From a virus, in IMG/VR virus record IMGVR_UViG_3300032236_000815, positions 1-64,000 of that record: a stretch of 64,000 bases of DNA; one strand, written 5' to 3'. Both the position numbers and the translations under genes were made by a program. The stretch's first letter is position 1; every line of letters starts with the position of its first letter. The notes beneath the pieces are model-generated. The model searched no databases and was not told where the DNA came from. It saw only the letters and a program-made list of their open reading frames with translations. Positions 33,254 through 42,009 of this stretch are shown in pieces.

Positions 33254-34936
33254 ATGTCTAAAATCTTTAGTATTCCAATTAATCCAAAATTAAACGCTGA
33301 TCAATTCAATCAGTTTTATAAATTCTTAGCAGAATACAAAGACTATATCCGCGACATTTATTTCACCAGTAGAATCGCACCATTTATGCAAGACGCAATG
33401 GGCGATGTATTTGTTATCCACGAAGATCATTCTTATCTAATTGAAACAGCCTTGCATATTCAACGCACATTAGGGATTCCCGTTAGTGCTACATTTAACA
33501 ATATACAAGTTGCACCAACACAAAAGAATTTAGACATTTTCATTAGTAATTTTAAACCATTATATGATGCAGGAGTACGTAGTGCTACAATTCCTCATAC
33601 ACATTGGATGGCAACGGGACAGATTAAAGCGGCCTTTCCTGAATTATATGTTAAGAACACTATCCTAAGAGAAGTACATACTGCACAGGAAGTAGTTAAT
33701 TTAGCACAATACGGATTTGATTACATAAACTTAGACCGAGATCTAATGCGTGACCATGATAAATTACGAGAAATAAAACGAGCAAAAGAATATATTAAAA
33801 AAACATTAGGTAAGGATATTGCAATTAGTTTGCTTGCCAACGAAGGGTGTGCAGGCGGATGCAGTATGATGGAGGAACATTATCATTTTAACAATATACG
33901 TGAAGGTGTAAACAGTCCTCAATACTTCAATGATACAATCAGCCGTGTAAGTTGCCCTAATTGGAATGTACAAGATTCATCTATATTTCTTAAACAAGCT
34001 AATTTTACTCCTTGGAAAGCAGACTGGGACGAGTTTGTTAATGACCTTGGAATAGATAGCATTAAAATGCATGGAAGAGAAGGTATAACTAGGCTATTTG
34101 AAACTATGGAAATTGTTCGTAGATACGCTGCCGGGGAAGAATTTCTATATCCAGGATTTGAAAGATATTTAGAAGAAACTAATCTTGTTGAAAAACCTAT
34201 TAACATATGGCGCAACAAGATTAAAACATGTCGGTTTGAATGCTGGGATTGTAACTATTGCGACAAAGTATATGAAAAGAAATCTGATATAGAATTTTCA
34301 GAGTTGGTAAAACATGCCGCAGATTGTGTATTAAAATCAGGTGTACCCACTGTAAGAGTTGATGCTCCAGGATTGACTAGTGTTAGAGTACAAACGCTAT
34401 TGAACTTACTAGCGCAAGGTGTTAATACATACTTAGAAATAGGTGCCGCTCAAGGAGCAACATTCTGTGCAGTATTAAAAGACAATCCGATTCGTGCTAT
34501 TGCTGTTGATAACTGGAAACAAAATATCCAACCAGCAAATGGTCAAGTTACAATGCCGGCAAACTCTTTAAATACTTTTATTAAAAACTTTGAAAAATAT
34601 AAAGGCAATTCAAATATTAGCATTATTGATCAAGATTTATTTGAAGTAGATGTAACACCGTTTGCTGGAACAATTAAAATGATGTTCTATGACGGCCCGC
34701 ACGAAGAAGAAGTAACTAAACGTGCTATGATGCATTATGCTCCAGCATTAGAAAACGAGGCAATTGTAGTATTTGATGATGCAAACTGGCCGACAGTTGT
34801 TGCAGGTGCAAAAGCAGGTATTAAAGAAGCTGGGTTTGAAGTAGCATACGAAAAGTTAATGTTAAACGACTTAGAAGATCCTAATGCTTGGTGGAACGGA
34901 GTATATGTAACAGTTATTAGGAAAATAAATGATTAA
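33254..34936 (+). CDS. U32-family-like (TIM-barrel, Cys-rich Fe-S) domain fused to a class I SAM methyltransferase
   Basis: INLDRDLMRD, LLANEGCAGGC, SC, IKMHGRE, CRFECWDCNYC in the N-terminal part; YLEIG..QGATF, VDNW, FYDGPH, VFDD in the C-terminal part. Confidence 0.65.
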   Translation: MSKIFSIPINPKLNADQFNQFYKFLAEYKDYIRDIYFTSRIAPFMQDAMGDVFVIHEDHSYLIETALHIQRTLGIPVSATFNNIQVAPTQKNLDIFISNFKPLYDAGVRSATIPHTHWMATGQIKAAFPELYVKNTILREVHTAQEVVNLAQYGFDYINLDRDLMRDHDKLREIKRAKEYIKKTLGKDIAISLLANEGCAGGCSMMEEHYHFNNIREGVNSPQYFNDTISRVSCPNWNVQDSSIFLKQANFTPWKADWDEFVNDLGIDSIKMHGREGITRLFETMEIVRRYAAGEEFLYPGFERYLEETNLVEKPINIWRNKIKTCRFECWDCNYCDKVYEKKSDIEFSELVKHAADCVLKSGVPTVRVDAPGLTSVRVQTLLNLLAQGVNTYLEIGAAQGATFCAVLKDNPIRAIAVDNWKQNIQPANGQVTMPANSLNTFIKNFEKYKGNSNISIIDQDLFEVDVTPFAGTIKMMFYDGPHEEEVTKRAMMHYAPALENEAIVVFDDANWPTVVAGAKAGIKEAGFEVAYEKLMLNDLEDPNAWWNGVYVTVIRKIND

Positions 34937-36455
34937 AAAAGTTAAAAAAATTATAGTATTTGGTGGCGGAACTAGCGGTTGGCTAACAGCCGCCTACTTA
35001 GTTAAAAACTTAACTATACCTGCAGAAGTTGTTCTTATCGAAGATGCAAGTGCAGGCCCTATTGGAGTAGGTGAAGGTACACAACCATTTACTGCTAGAT
35101 TTTTATACGAAGCTGGAATACCGCCTAAGGCATGGATGAAGTCTAGTCAAGCGGTATTTAAATACGGTGTAGAAATTACAGGATTTAACGAAGAACCATA
35201 TTTTGTCGATAACGATGTGCCAACAAATTGCATGATTGGTCAAGGGTTATTTGTCAGCGATTATTTTGTCGACAGACCATACAGCGAAGTACGAGATTGG
35301 CACCCAGCATATCAGCTTGCTAAAAATAATATTAGTAGCAAATACGACGATTACCTAGATGCTAATCACGGTTCGGGTCCTGATAGCTACGGTGCAGTAC
35401 ATTTTAATGCATTTGATATTATTAAAACAATCAAAGAAATCATACTAGATAAAATTACATACGTCGACACACGCATTTCAGATGTAAAACAAGATAAAGA
35501 TGGCATAACAAAACTAGTAGCACAGGACGGTAGCGAATATATTGCAGATTTATATTTGGATTGTACAGGTTTTTCTAGTTTACTATTAGAAAAGACACTA
35601 GGATCTCCGTTTACCAACTATTCGCCTTGGCTCCCATGCGATAGTGCTGTAGCAATGCCTACTGAATTTAAAGATAAGCGAGCAGAAATGCATCCTTATA
35701 CAAAATCAACAGCTATGACTTCTGGGTGGAGATGGACTATTCCTACCTTCACGCGAATAGGCAATGGTTACGTTTACAGTAGTAAACACATTACGCCCGA
35801 GCAAGCTGAGAAAGAGCTACGTGAAAGTATTGGCGAATTTAATGCTCCTGCAAAACATCTTAAAATGAAATGCGGAGTACACAAAGAAATCGCAGTTAAA
35901 AATGTGTGTGCTGTTGGACTAAGTGCTGGATTCATTGAGCCTTTAGAAGCGACTGGCATTACGTTTACAACAGCAACAGTACAAAGCATTGCAGAAATAT
36001 TAAACATCAACGGCAACGTGTGGAATGACTATGCAAGAACAAATCTAAATGCTGGATTTTACGAAATGACTACTGAAATTTTTGCATTTGTATGGGCACA
36101 CTATTATTTTAGTAGTAAAAATGATACACCATTCTGGCAAGATATTAGAAATATGAAAATTTCTGACTTACCACAAGAAGTACAAGACATATTAAATGTA
36201 TTTTTAGAAAGACCACTGCCGTTTATTTTCTTAAAACCAAACAGCATGTTCTGTACATTCCAATGGTTTACGATGTTACATGCTGGAGGCGCATATAAAA
36301 ATGTTACTAGTAGCTTAACTCCTAAGCAAAAAGAATACAGTAAATATTTCTTAGATTCTCACTCGGCTCGAGTCGAGCTGGCGAAGAAGATGTTTCCTAA
36401 TCAATACGAATATTTACAATCTTGGTACAGCGACTGGGAATCAGAGGAGATATAA
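34929..36455 (+). CDS. Flavin-dependent halogenase, tryptophan-halogenase (PrnA-like) family
   Basis: GGGTSG FAD motif, IGVGEGT, conserved Lys in VFKYG, YLDCTGF, GWRWTIP (WxWxIP), GLSAGFIEPLEATG. Confidence 0.85.
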   Translation: MIKKVKKIIVFGGGTSGWLTAAYLVKNLTIPAEVVLIEDASAGPIGVGEGTQPFTARFLYEAGIPPKAWMKSSQAVFKYGVEITGFNEEPYFVDNDVPTNCMIGQGLFVSDYFVDRPYSEVRDWHPAYQLAKNNISSKYDDYLDANHGSGPDSYGAVHFNAFDIIKTIKEIILDKITYVDTRISDVKQDKDGITKLVAQDGSEYIADLYLDCTGFSSLLLEKTLGSPFTNYSPWLPCDSAVAMPTEFKDKRAEMHPYTKSTAMTSGWRWTIPTFTRIGNGYVYSSKHITPEQAEKELRESIGEFNAPAKHLKMKCGVHKEIAVKNVCAVGLSAGFIEPLEATGITFTTATVQSIAEILNINGNVWNDYARTNLNAGFYEMTTEIFAFVWAHYYFSSKNDTPFWQDIRNMKISDLPQEVQDILNVFLERPLPFIFLKPNSMFCTFQWFTMLHAGGAYKNVTSSLTPKQKEYSKYFLDSHSARVELAKKMFPNQYEYLQSWYSDWESEEI

Positions 36456-36886
36456 TGTTAAACCAATTAAATTCAAATCAATATACAATATACACAGTAC
36501 AAACTCGAGGCAAGAAAAACGATGCTTATGAAGATTCAAAAATTGACAGAGATCGTTTTAAATTACGTCGATGGGTTGAAGCATTGTTAGCAGATAGGGA
36601 AGTTATCATGTTCTGGACTGAAGAGGATACAGATTACATGATGGTTGGAACTACAAAAGTTAATCCTGGTGAAGGATTTGCTGAGTTGCCAAAAGATTTG
36701 CCAACAATAAAATGTAACGTAAACGGCAAAGAAGTTGACGAGCCGCAATTTATTACTTTTCACTGCGTACCTGGAAGGGAAATTGCTACAGTCGATGTTG
36801 ATCACATAACAAAGTTCATAGTTAGTATTGAAGGTCTTGTAGAATTAACACAAAAAGTACTAAGGGAAGAAGCAAATGGTTCGTGA
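36455..36886 (+). CDS. Hypothetical protein (143 aa; start moved to ATG 36455)
   Basis: GAGGAG RBS and TAATG coupling with the halogenase stop support this start over 36422. Confidence 0.65.
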   Translation: MLNQLNSNQYTIYTVQTRGKKNDAYEDSKIDRDRFKLRRWVEALLADREVIMFWTEEDTDYMMVGTTKVNPGEGFAELPKDLPTIKCNVNGKEVDEPQFITFHCVPGREIATVDVDHITKFIVSIEGLVELTQKVLREEANGS

Positions 36887-37448
36887 TGATTTTATTGGTA
36901 TCTTTGACAATGTACTCACTCCTGCCGAATGTGGTGAGTTAATTGATTATTTTGTAAAAATGCGAAAACTAAATTTAGTTTACAAACGTCCAGATGCTCC
37001 TCATGAAAAGAAGGACGAAACAGTATATCCGTTCGAACCAGATTCTTTACATTTTGTTGGCACAAATCCAGTAGTACAAAGTATTATGGAAAAAGTCTGG
37101 AAGTGTTATAACGAATATTGTGATAATTTCAGTATCCTGACACTAAAAAATGAACAGGGTGTAACTGGTATGCGTGTACAACGTACCCAGCCAGGCGGTG
37201 GATACCATCAGTGGCATTATGAAAATCAAGGAATAATGCATTCAAATAGATTTTTAGTTTTTCAAATCTATCTTAATACAGTTACAGAAGGCGGCGAGAC
37301 TGAATTCTTGTATCAAAAAACTAGAGTAAATGCACAGCAAGGCAGGGTGTTGCTATGGCCAGCGGCATTTACACATACACATAGAGGAAATCAACCATTA
37401 AGCGGCGACAAATATATTGTTACCGGATGGATTGAATACTTAAACTAA
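36876..37448 (+). CDS. 2OG-Fe(II) oxygenase (prolyl-hydroxylase-like, H-x-E type)
   Basis: GGGYHQWHYE, YLN...GGETEF, WPA.FTH.HRG, KY..TGW. Confidence 0.85.
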   Translation: MVRDDFIGIFDNVLTPAECGELIDYFVKMRKLNLVYKRPDAPHEKKDETVYPFEPDSLHFVGTNPVVQSIMEKVWKCYNEYCDNFSILTLKNEQGVTGMRVQRTQPGGGYHQWHYENQGIMHSNRFLVFQIYLNTVTEGGETEFLYQKTRVNAQQGRVLLWPAAFTHTHRGNQPLSGDKYIVTGWIEYLN

Positions 37449-37449
37449 C

Positions 37450-38631
37450 ATGAAAAAACGTCTCGGAATTATCGGAGTAGGATCAGCAGGTATACTAAGT
37501 CTAAGTTACTTCTGTGCCCACTTGGATAATACATGGGAAGTTGTTAGTATTAACGATCCTAACGGTAAAATATTAGGAATTGGAGAAAGTTCTAACCCGA
37601 GTTTTGTTTCAGCATTAGAAGCAGGGCTTGGATTTAATATGTATGACGATATTAAAGAGCTAGATGCTACATATAAATTTGGCACAATGTGGAAAACTTG
37701 GAGAGACAAAGAGTTTATATCTCCACTGCTAGGTGGTAATACTGCTATACATTTTAACAATTTTAAATTAAAAGAATTTGCTATTCCTAGGTTACATCAA
37801 CGTTGGCCGCATAAGTTTAGCGAGCTATCGGGTAAGGTAGAAGAACTTATCGGCCACGCTTCTCATGTTGATGTTGTTGTAGACGGCGTTAATCATCAGT
37901 ACAATTATATTATAGATTGCAGAGGTTTCCCTACAGAATGGGACGATTATAATATTTGTGAAAATATGCCAGTTAATCATGCACTAGTACACAACAAAGA
38001 TCTACCCGGCGATTGGATGTACACAGGACACCGTGCCCACAAAAATGGTTGGATGTTTGAAATCCCGTTAACTAACAGACAAAGCTATGGATATTTGTTT
38101 AACAATAACATAACTACAGTAGAAGATGCTAAGAAAGATTTTAGTCAAGAAATCGATGTGCCAGTTGATCAGCTACAAAATATAGAATATAAGTTTCAAA
38201 GTTTTTATACTACTAAACTTTTAGATGGTAGAATTTTAAAAAATGGAAATAGAGCTATTTTCTTTGAACCTATTAGTGCTACTAGTTTGTTTATGTATGA
38301 TCAAGCTAATCGAATATTCCTTAGCTACTTAAATCACAGTATTGAAACTCCTGAAAGAGTTAATAAAGAATTTATAAATGTAGCAAGTGCATTGCGCGAG
38401 TTAATTTGCTGGTTCTATCACGGTGGCAGTACATATGATACACCGTTTTGGCAAGCAACGAAAGAAAAAACTCGACCAGTAGTAGAAAATAGTCAGATGA
38501 TGAAAATGTTAAAACATAGTTATGCTGAGTGGATTGCTAAAGATAGTCCTATGTATGCTGACAAATTTTTCTTCGAACCGCATTTAATGTTACAACTAGA
38601 CAAAAACTTTCAATATAATTATTTCAAATGA
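37450..38631 (+). CDS. Second, shorter tryptophan-halogenase-family flavoprotein
   Basis: GVGSAG, LGIGES, ATYKFG, IIDCRGF, GWMFEIP (variant of WxWxIP), GNRAIFFEP. Confidence 0.75.
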   Translation: MKKRLGIIGVGSAGILSLSYFCAHLDNTWEVVSINDPNGKILGIGESSNPSFVSALEAGLGFNMYDDIKELDATYKFGTMWKTWRDKEFISPLLGGNTAIHFNNFKLKEFAIPRLHQRWPHKFSELSGKVEELIGHASHVDVVVDGVNHQYNYIIDCRGFPTEWDDYNICENMPVNHALVHNKDLPGDWMYTGHRAHKNGWMFEIPLTNRQSYGYLFNNNITTVEDAKKDFSQEIDVPVDQLQNIEYKFQSFYTTKLLDGRILKNGNRAIFFEPISATSLFMYDQANRIFLSYLNHSIETPERVNKEFINVASALRELICWFYHGGSTYDTPFWQATKEKTRPVVENSQMMKMLKHSYAEWIAKDSPMYADKFFFEPHLMLQLDKNFQYNYFK

Positions 38632-39245
38632 CATATAAATTATCAAATGACCCATTCGTAACTGCCGCAACTATGCCGCCTTTTGCTAAACTAGGGCAAG
38701 TGTTTACACCTGAAGAGATGAATCGCATGTGTGCATATTTTACAAGCAAAGGTACGGAGCCTGGACTAATCGGAAAAACTGACGGTGATACCATGGATAC
38801 TGGGTTACGTAAGTCGGGTATTAAAATGCACGAATATACTGCTGATACTGCTTGGATTTTTGAAAGATTGAATACTGCAATATCCGATGGCAACAGTCAT
38901 TTTTTCAGATTTAATATTGTAGGATACGACTACTTACAATATACAGAATATAATGCACCAGACGAACGCTATGGATATCACACAGATATGCCTTATGGTC
39001 CTAATCATAATTTAGAAAAACACTTAATGCGTAAACTGTCTTTTAGTTTAATCTTAAGTGACCCATCAGAGTACGATGGCGGCCAATTTGAGTTTATGAT
39101 CGAGTCCGATAAGCCCTGGGCCGTGCCACAAAATAAAGGAGATTTGATTATATTTCCTAGTTGGTTACTACATGAAGTTACACCGGTAACAAGAGGTCTG
39201 AGAAAAAGTCTTGTTGGTTGGTGCTTAGGACCTAAATTTGTATGA
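38628..39245 (+). CDS. 2OG-Fe(II) oxygenase (PKHD-type, H-x-D)
   Basis: YGYHTD, RKLS...LSDPSEYDGG, FPS..LHEVTPVTRGLRKSLVGW. Confidence 0.9.
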   Translation: MTYKLSNDPFVTAATMPPFAKLGQVFTPEEMNRMCAYFTSKGTEPGLIGKTDGDTMDTGLRKSGIKMHEYTADTAWIFERLNTAISDGNSHFFRFNIVGYDYLQYTEYNAPDERYGYHTDMPYGPNHNLEKHLMRKLSFSLILSDPSEYDGGQFEFMIESDKPWAVPQNKGDLIIFPSWLLHEVTPVTRGLRKSLVGWCLGPKFV

Positions 39246-39820
39246 TAAAAAGATTTCCACTTTATCATAGTGATTTATTTGTTATAGAAAATGTTGGATC
39301 TGACGAACAGGTAGACGCATTAGTTAAACAAATTGCTATTGAAAAGCAAACAACACCTTCGGATGAGTTTACAAACAGAGGATGCTGGCGAAGTACAAAA
39401 TGGTGGAACGATGTTGACTGGTTATGCCAAGCAGTTTGTACGTTAGCCGAAACAGCATCTACCCATTATAAAGAAATTGATTCTAATTTTGAAAAAGGAT
39501 CTAAATTTAAACTAGGCATGTGGACTAATGTTAACGATCCTGGTAGCAAAAATGTCATGCACAATCATGTAAGAGATGTTTTTGCCGCTTGCTATTATAT
39601 ACAATCAGAAGATACTGGCGATTTAAGACTAGTAAATGGAAGTAATCTAATGCAAGATCTAAATCCATCTGCTCCTTTTAGTAGAGATTTCAGATTTGCT
39701 CCAAAAAATCGCACACTTGTATTATGGCCTAGTTGGGTTCCACATGAAGTAGAAACCAATTTAAGTAATAAACAACGTATCAATATAGCGTTCAATGTAA
39801 ATTTCGACACCGACTCCTAG
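39242..39820 (+). CDS. Putative 2OG-Fe(II) oxygenase (H-x-H type)
   Basis: W.NVN.PG..N..HNH...YY...G.L...WPSWVPHEV..N....RINIAFN. Confidence 0.8.
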   Translation: MIKRFPLYHSDLFVIENVGSDEQVDALVKQIAIEKQTTPSDEFTNRGCWRSTKWWNDVDWLCQAVCTLAETASTHYKEIDSNFEKGSKFKLGMWTNVNDPGSKNVMHNHVRDVFAACYYIQSEDTGDLRLVNGSNLMQDLNPSAPFSRDFRFAPKNRTLVLWPSWVPHEVETNLSNKQRINIAFNVNFDTDS

Positions 39821-39825
39821 CCCCA

Positions 39826-39859
39826 TAAATAAACGGCACTATAATTATAGTGCTTTTTT
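39826..39859 (+). promoter_or_regulatory. Late promoter TAAATA followed by a perfect 18-bp palindrome
   Basis: TAAATA at 39826-39831; GCACTATAATTATAGTGC at 39836-39853 is its own reverse complement; then TTTTTT and AAGGAG RBS. Confidence 0.6.
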
Positions 39860-39870
39860 AAGGAGAAACG

Positions 39871-40917
39871 ATGGAGTTTATAACTTCGGTCCTGTTAAAG
39901 GACATTACATACTTGTGGATGATCTTCTTCATTATGATCACCGCTGGACTAGCTAAAGAGTACGCTCTATTTGCCCCAGCGTTTGCCTATGTTAGAAATA
40001 CTTTCCGCAGTAACAAGTTCGTAGTTGTTATCCTAAGTGCGATTGGTGGTATTTTACCAATCGAAGGTCGAGTTACAGTCTCAGCAGGTTTGCTGGATAC
40101 TGTAGCACCTAAAGAAGGTCCTGGTCGTGAGAAACTAGGCATTGTAGACTATCTAGCCAACCATCACTATTACATGTGGTCACCGTTAGAGAAAACTGTA
40201 ATCCTACCTATCGCGGCATTTGGATTGACTTATGGTGCTTTCCTCGGTCTAGTTGCTCCGTTGCTAATCACTAGTTTGTTGTTTATCAGCATCTACATCT
40301 GGACACAAGTCAAAGATGAAGAGCTAGTTATTACACCGGGAAACTTTAAATTGAGTGCTGTTCTACGTAACGTGCTTCCAATGTTTATTGCCCTCGGCGT
40401 TTACATTTGGGGCGGCGGCGAAGAGCATGTATTTCCAATTTTTGGTTTACTAACTTTATACTATGTAATCATCACACAACAATGGAACTACAAGAAATTG
40501 TTGGGCTATGTTCGTTGGGATGTACTAGTATGGGTAGGTGCAGTTATTATCTTAGGTAACTATTTCAAATCACATAACGGAGCATTTCTAGAGCTAATCA
40601 AGAGCGTAGGGTTGAACCCTCATACTTTTGCTGGTATGCTAGCGATATCAGTTATTGGATTTGTCATTAGCTTCTTAATGGGTAGTTCAGGTAAGTTTAT
40701 TGCTGTTGCTGTTTTAATGGCACAAGTATTTGGCGTAGAATATTTCTTATGGTTCTTTGCTATTGACTTTACTGGATATCTGTTAAGCCCTACGCATAAA
40801 TGTGTTATGATTGGTAACCGTTATTTCGGCACACCAGTTGGCACTTATTATAAAGCCCTAGGTTTATGGGGCGCACTACTTCTGCTTGTAAGCGGAGTAG
40901 TAACATTTTTGATTTAA
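39871..40917 (+). CDS. Polytopic inner-membrane protein, DUF401-like / ion-transporter superfamily
   Basis: Many hydrophobic segments; GYLLSPTHKC resembles the SPxHxC motif of DUF401-type proteins; NHHYY..SPLE motif. Confidence 0.6.
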   Translation: MEFITSVLLKDITYLWMIFFIMITAGLAKEYALFAPAFAYVRNTFRSNKFVVVILSAIGGILPIEGRVTVSAGLLDTVAPKEGPGREKLGIVDYLANHHYYMWSPLEKTVILPIAAFGLTYGAFLGLVAPLLITSLLFISIYIWTQVKDEELVITPGNFKLSAVLRNVLPMFIALGVYIWGGGEEHVFPIFGLLTLYYVIITQQWNYKKLLGYVRWDVLVWVGAVIILGNYFKSHNGAFLELIKSVGLNPHTFAGMLAISVIGFVISFLMGSSGKFIAVAVLMAQVFGVEYFLWFFAIDFTGYLLSPTHKCVMIGNRYFGTPVGTYYKALGLWGALLLLVSGVVTFLI

Positions 40918-40928
40918 AGGAATCACAT

Positions 40929-41519
40929 ATGAAGAAAATCTTCGCAATCTTGGCCTTGGCCGCAACAACATCTGCATTTGCAGACAGTGGTGTTAGTTTT
41001 GAATTTGAACGCGAGCGCGGTACAGCATCTCCAAACACAATGTCAAACACTATTAAAGTAGCACCATATGTTAAACTAGATAACGGTGTTAAACTTGATT
41101 TGCAATTCGGCGGTAGCCGTGATGATGGTCAAGTATCTGGTAACAACAATGCGCTTGAAAACACAATTGAAGCTCGTGCTCAAAGAATGTATGAAGTGTA
41201 CCCAGGCTTGAAGCTTGGTGCCCGTGTTGGTATCGGCCAAGTAGTTAACGGCACAAACTCAGCAGGCAAGACTGTTGACTTTGGATACTATACAATTACA
41301 CCGAAGGCTGAATATGCCTTCAATGATAAGTTGAGCGCATTGGCTAGCTTCCGTTTCCGTAATGGTTTTAGCGATAGTGACAACTATCTAACACGTACAG
41401 CTAAAGCTGGTCTAGGTTACAATGTAACTAAGAAAGACACAGTTGAAGTTCAATACTTCCAAAAACGTGGCGATCAAAGCGTTAACGGTGTTGAATTAGC
41501 TTACTCACGTAGTTTCTAA
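40929..41519 (+). CDS. Outer-membrane beta-barrel protein with signal peptide (196 aa; start moved to ATG 40929)
   Basis: AAGGA RBS, MKKIFAILALAATTSAFA signal peptide, alternating amphipathic strands, C-terminal Y-x-x-x-F (ELAYSRSF) BAM-type signal. Confidence 0.8.
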   Translation: MKKIFAILALAATTSAFADSGVSFEFERERGTASPNTMSNTIKVAPYVKLDNGVKLDLQFGGSRDDGQVSGNNNALENTIEARAQRMYEVYPGLKLGARVGIGQVVNGTNSAGKTVDFGYYTITPKAEYAFNDKLSALASFRFRNGFSDSDNYLTRTAKAGLGYNVTKKDTVEVQYFQKRGDQSVNGVELAYSRSF

Positions 41520-41535
41520 TTATTTAGAAATCAAT

Positions 41536-41561
41536 AAAAAAGGACCCAAAGGTCCTTTTTT
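41536..41561. terminator. Bidirectional terminator between convergent operons
   Basis: AAAAAAGGACC-CAAA-GGTCCTTTTTT. Confidence 0.9.
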
Positions 41562-42009
41562 ATATTAAGTCTACTAAATCAAATACTGTTTGAAGTTTAG
41601 TACGTATTGTCTTAGAACTAAAACTATTACGCAACCCCTGATGCAACGGTTTAGGAGCTCTATCTATCGTAGCCCATGCCCATGCGATATGTTCGTCGCT
41701 TAATTCAGGTATAAATTCTTTATCTACTACACACAAGTATGTGTGAAAACTAAACACTTTATCATTACTAACAAAAGTTTCTAGTGGAAGTGTTTTAATT
41801 ATTGTTGGAAGTGGCCCTATTTCTTCAACCATTTCTCTTTGAAGACCCTGCCACGGAGTTTCGCCTTGTATGTTTGTACCGCCTACAAGCCCCCATGTTC
41901 CTTCATGCTTACCATGGGCTTTTTGTAATAACAAGAAACGTCGTGTAGACTTAGCGTAGAACAATGCTCCGCTACACACAATACGATCTGTTATAGTTCT
42001 ATTCTCCAT
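41560..42009 (-). CDS. NUDIX hydrolase
   Basis: Nudix box G-x5-E-x7-REMVEEIG. Confidence 0.9.
   Translation of the reverse strand: MENRTITDRIVCSGALFYAKSTRRFLLLQKAHGKHEGTWGLVGGTNIQGETPWQGLQREMVEEIGPLPTIIKTLPLETFVSNDKVFSFHTYLCVVDKEFIPELSDEHIAWAWATIDRAPKPLHQGLRNSFSSKTIRTKLQTVFDLVDLI

Noticed and set aside
33254-34300. Collagenase/protease function for the U32-like domain
   Set aside because: Characterised U32 members are Fe-S hydroxylases, and the Cys motifs and methyltransferase fusion fit that better.
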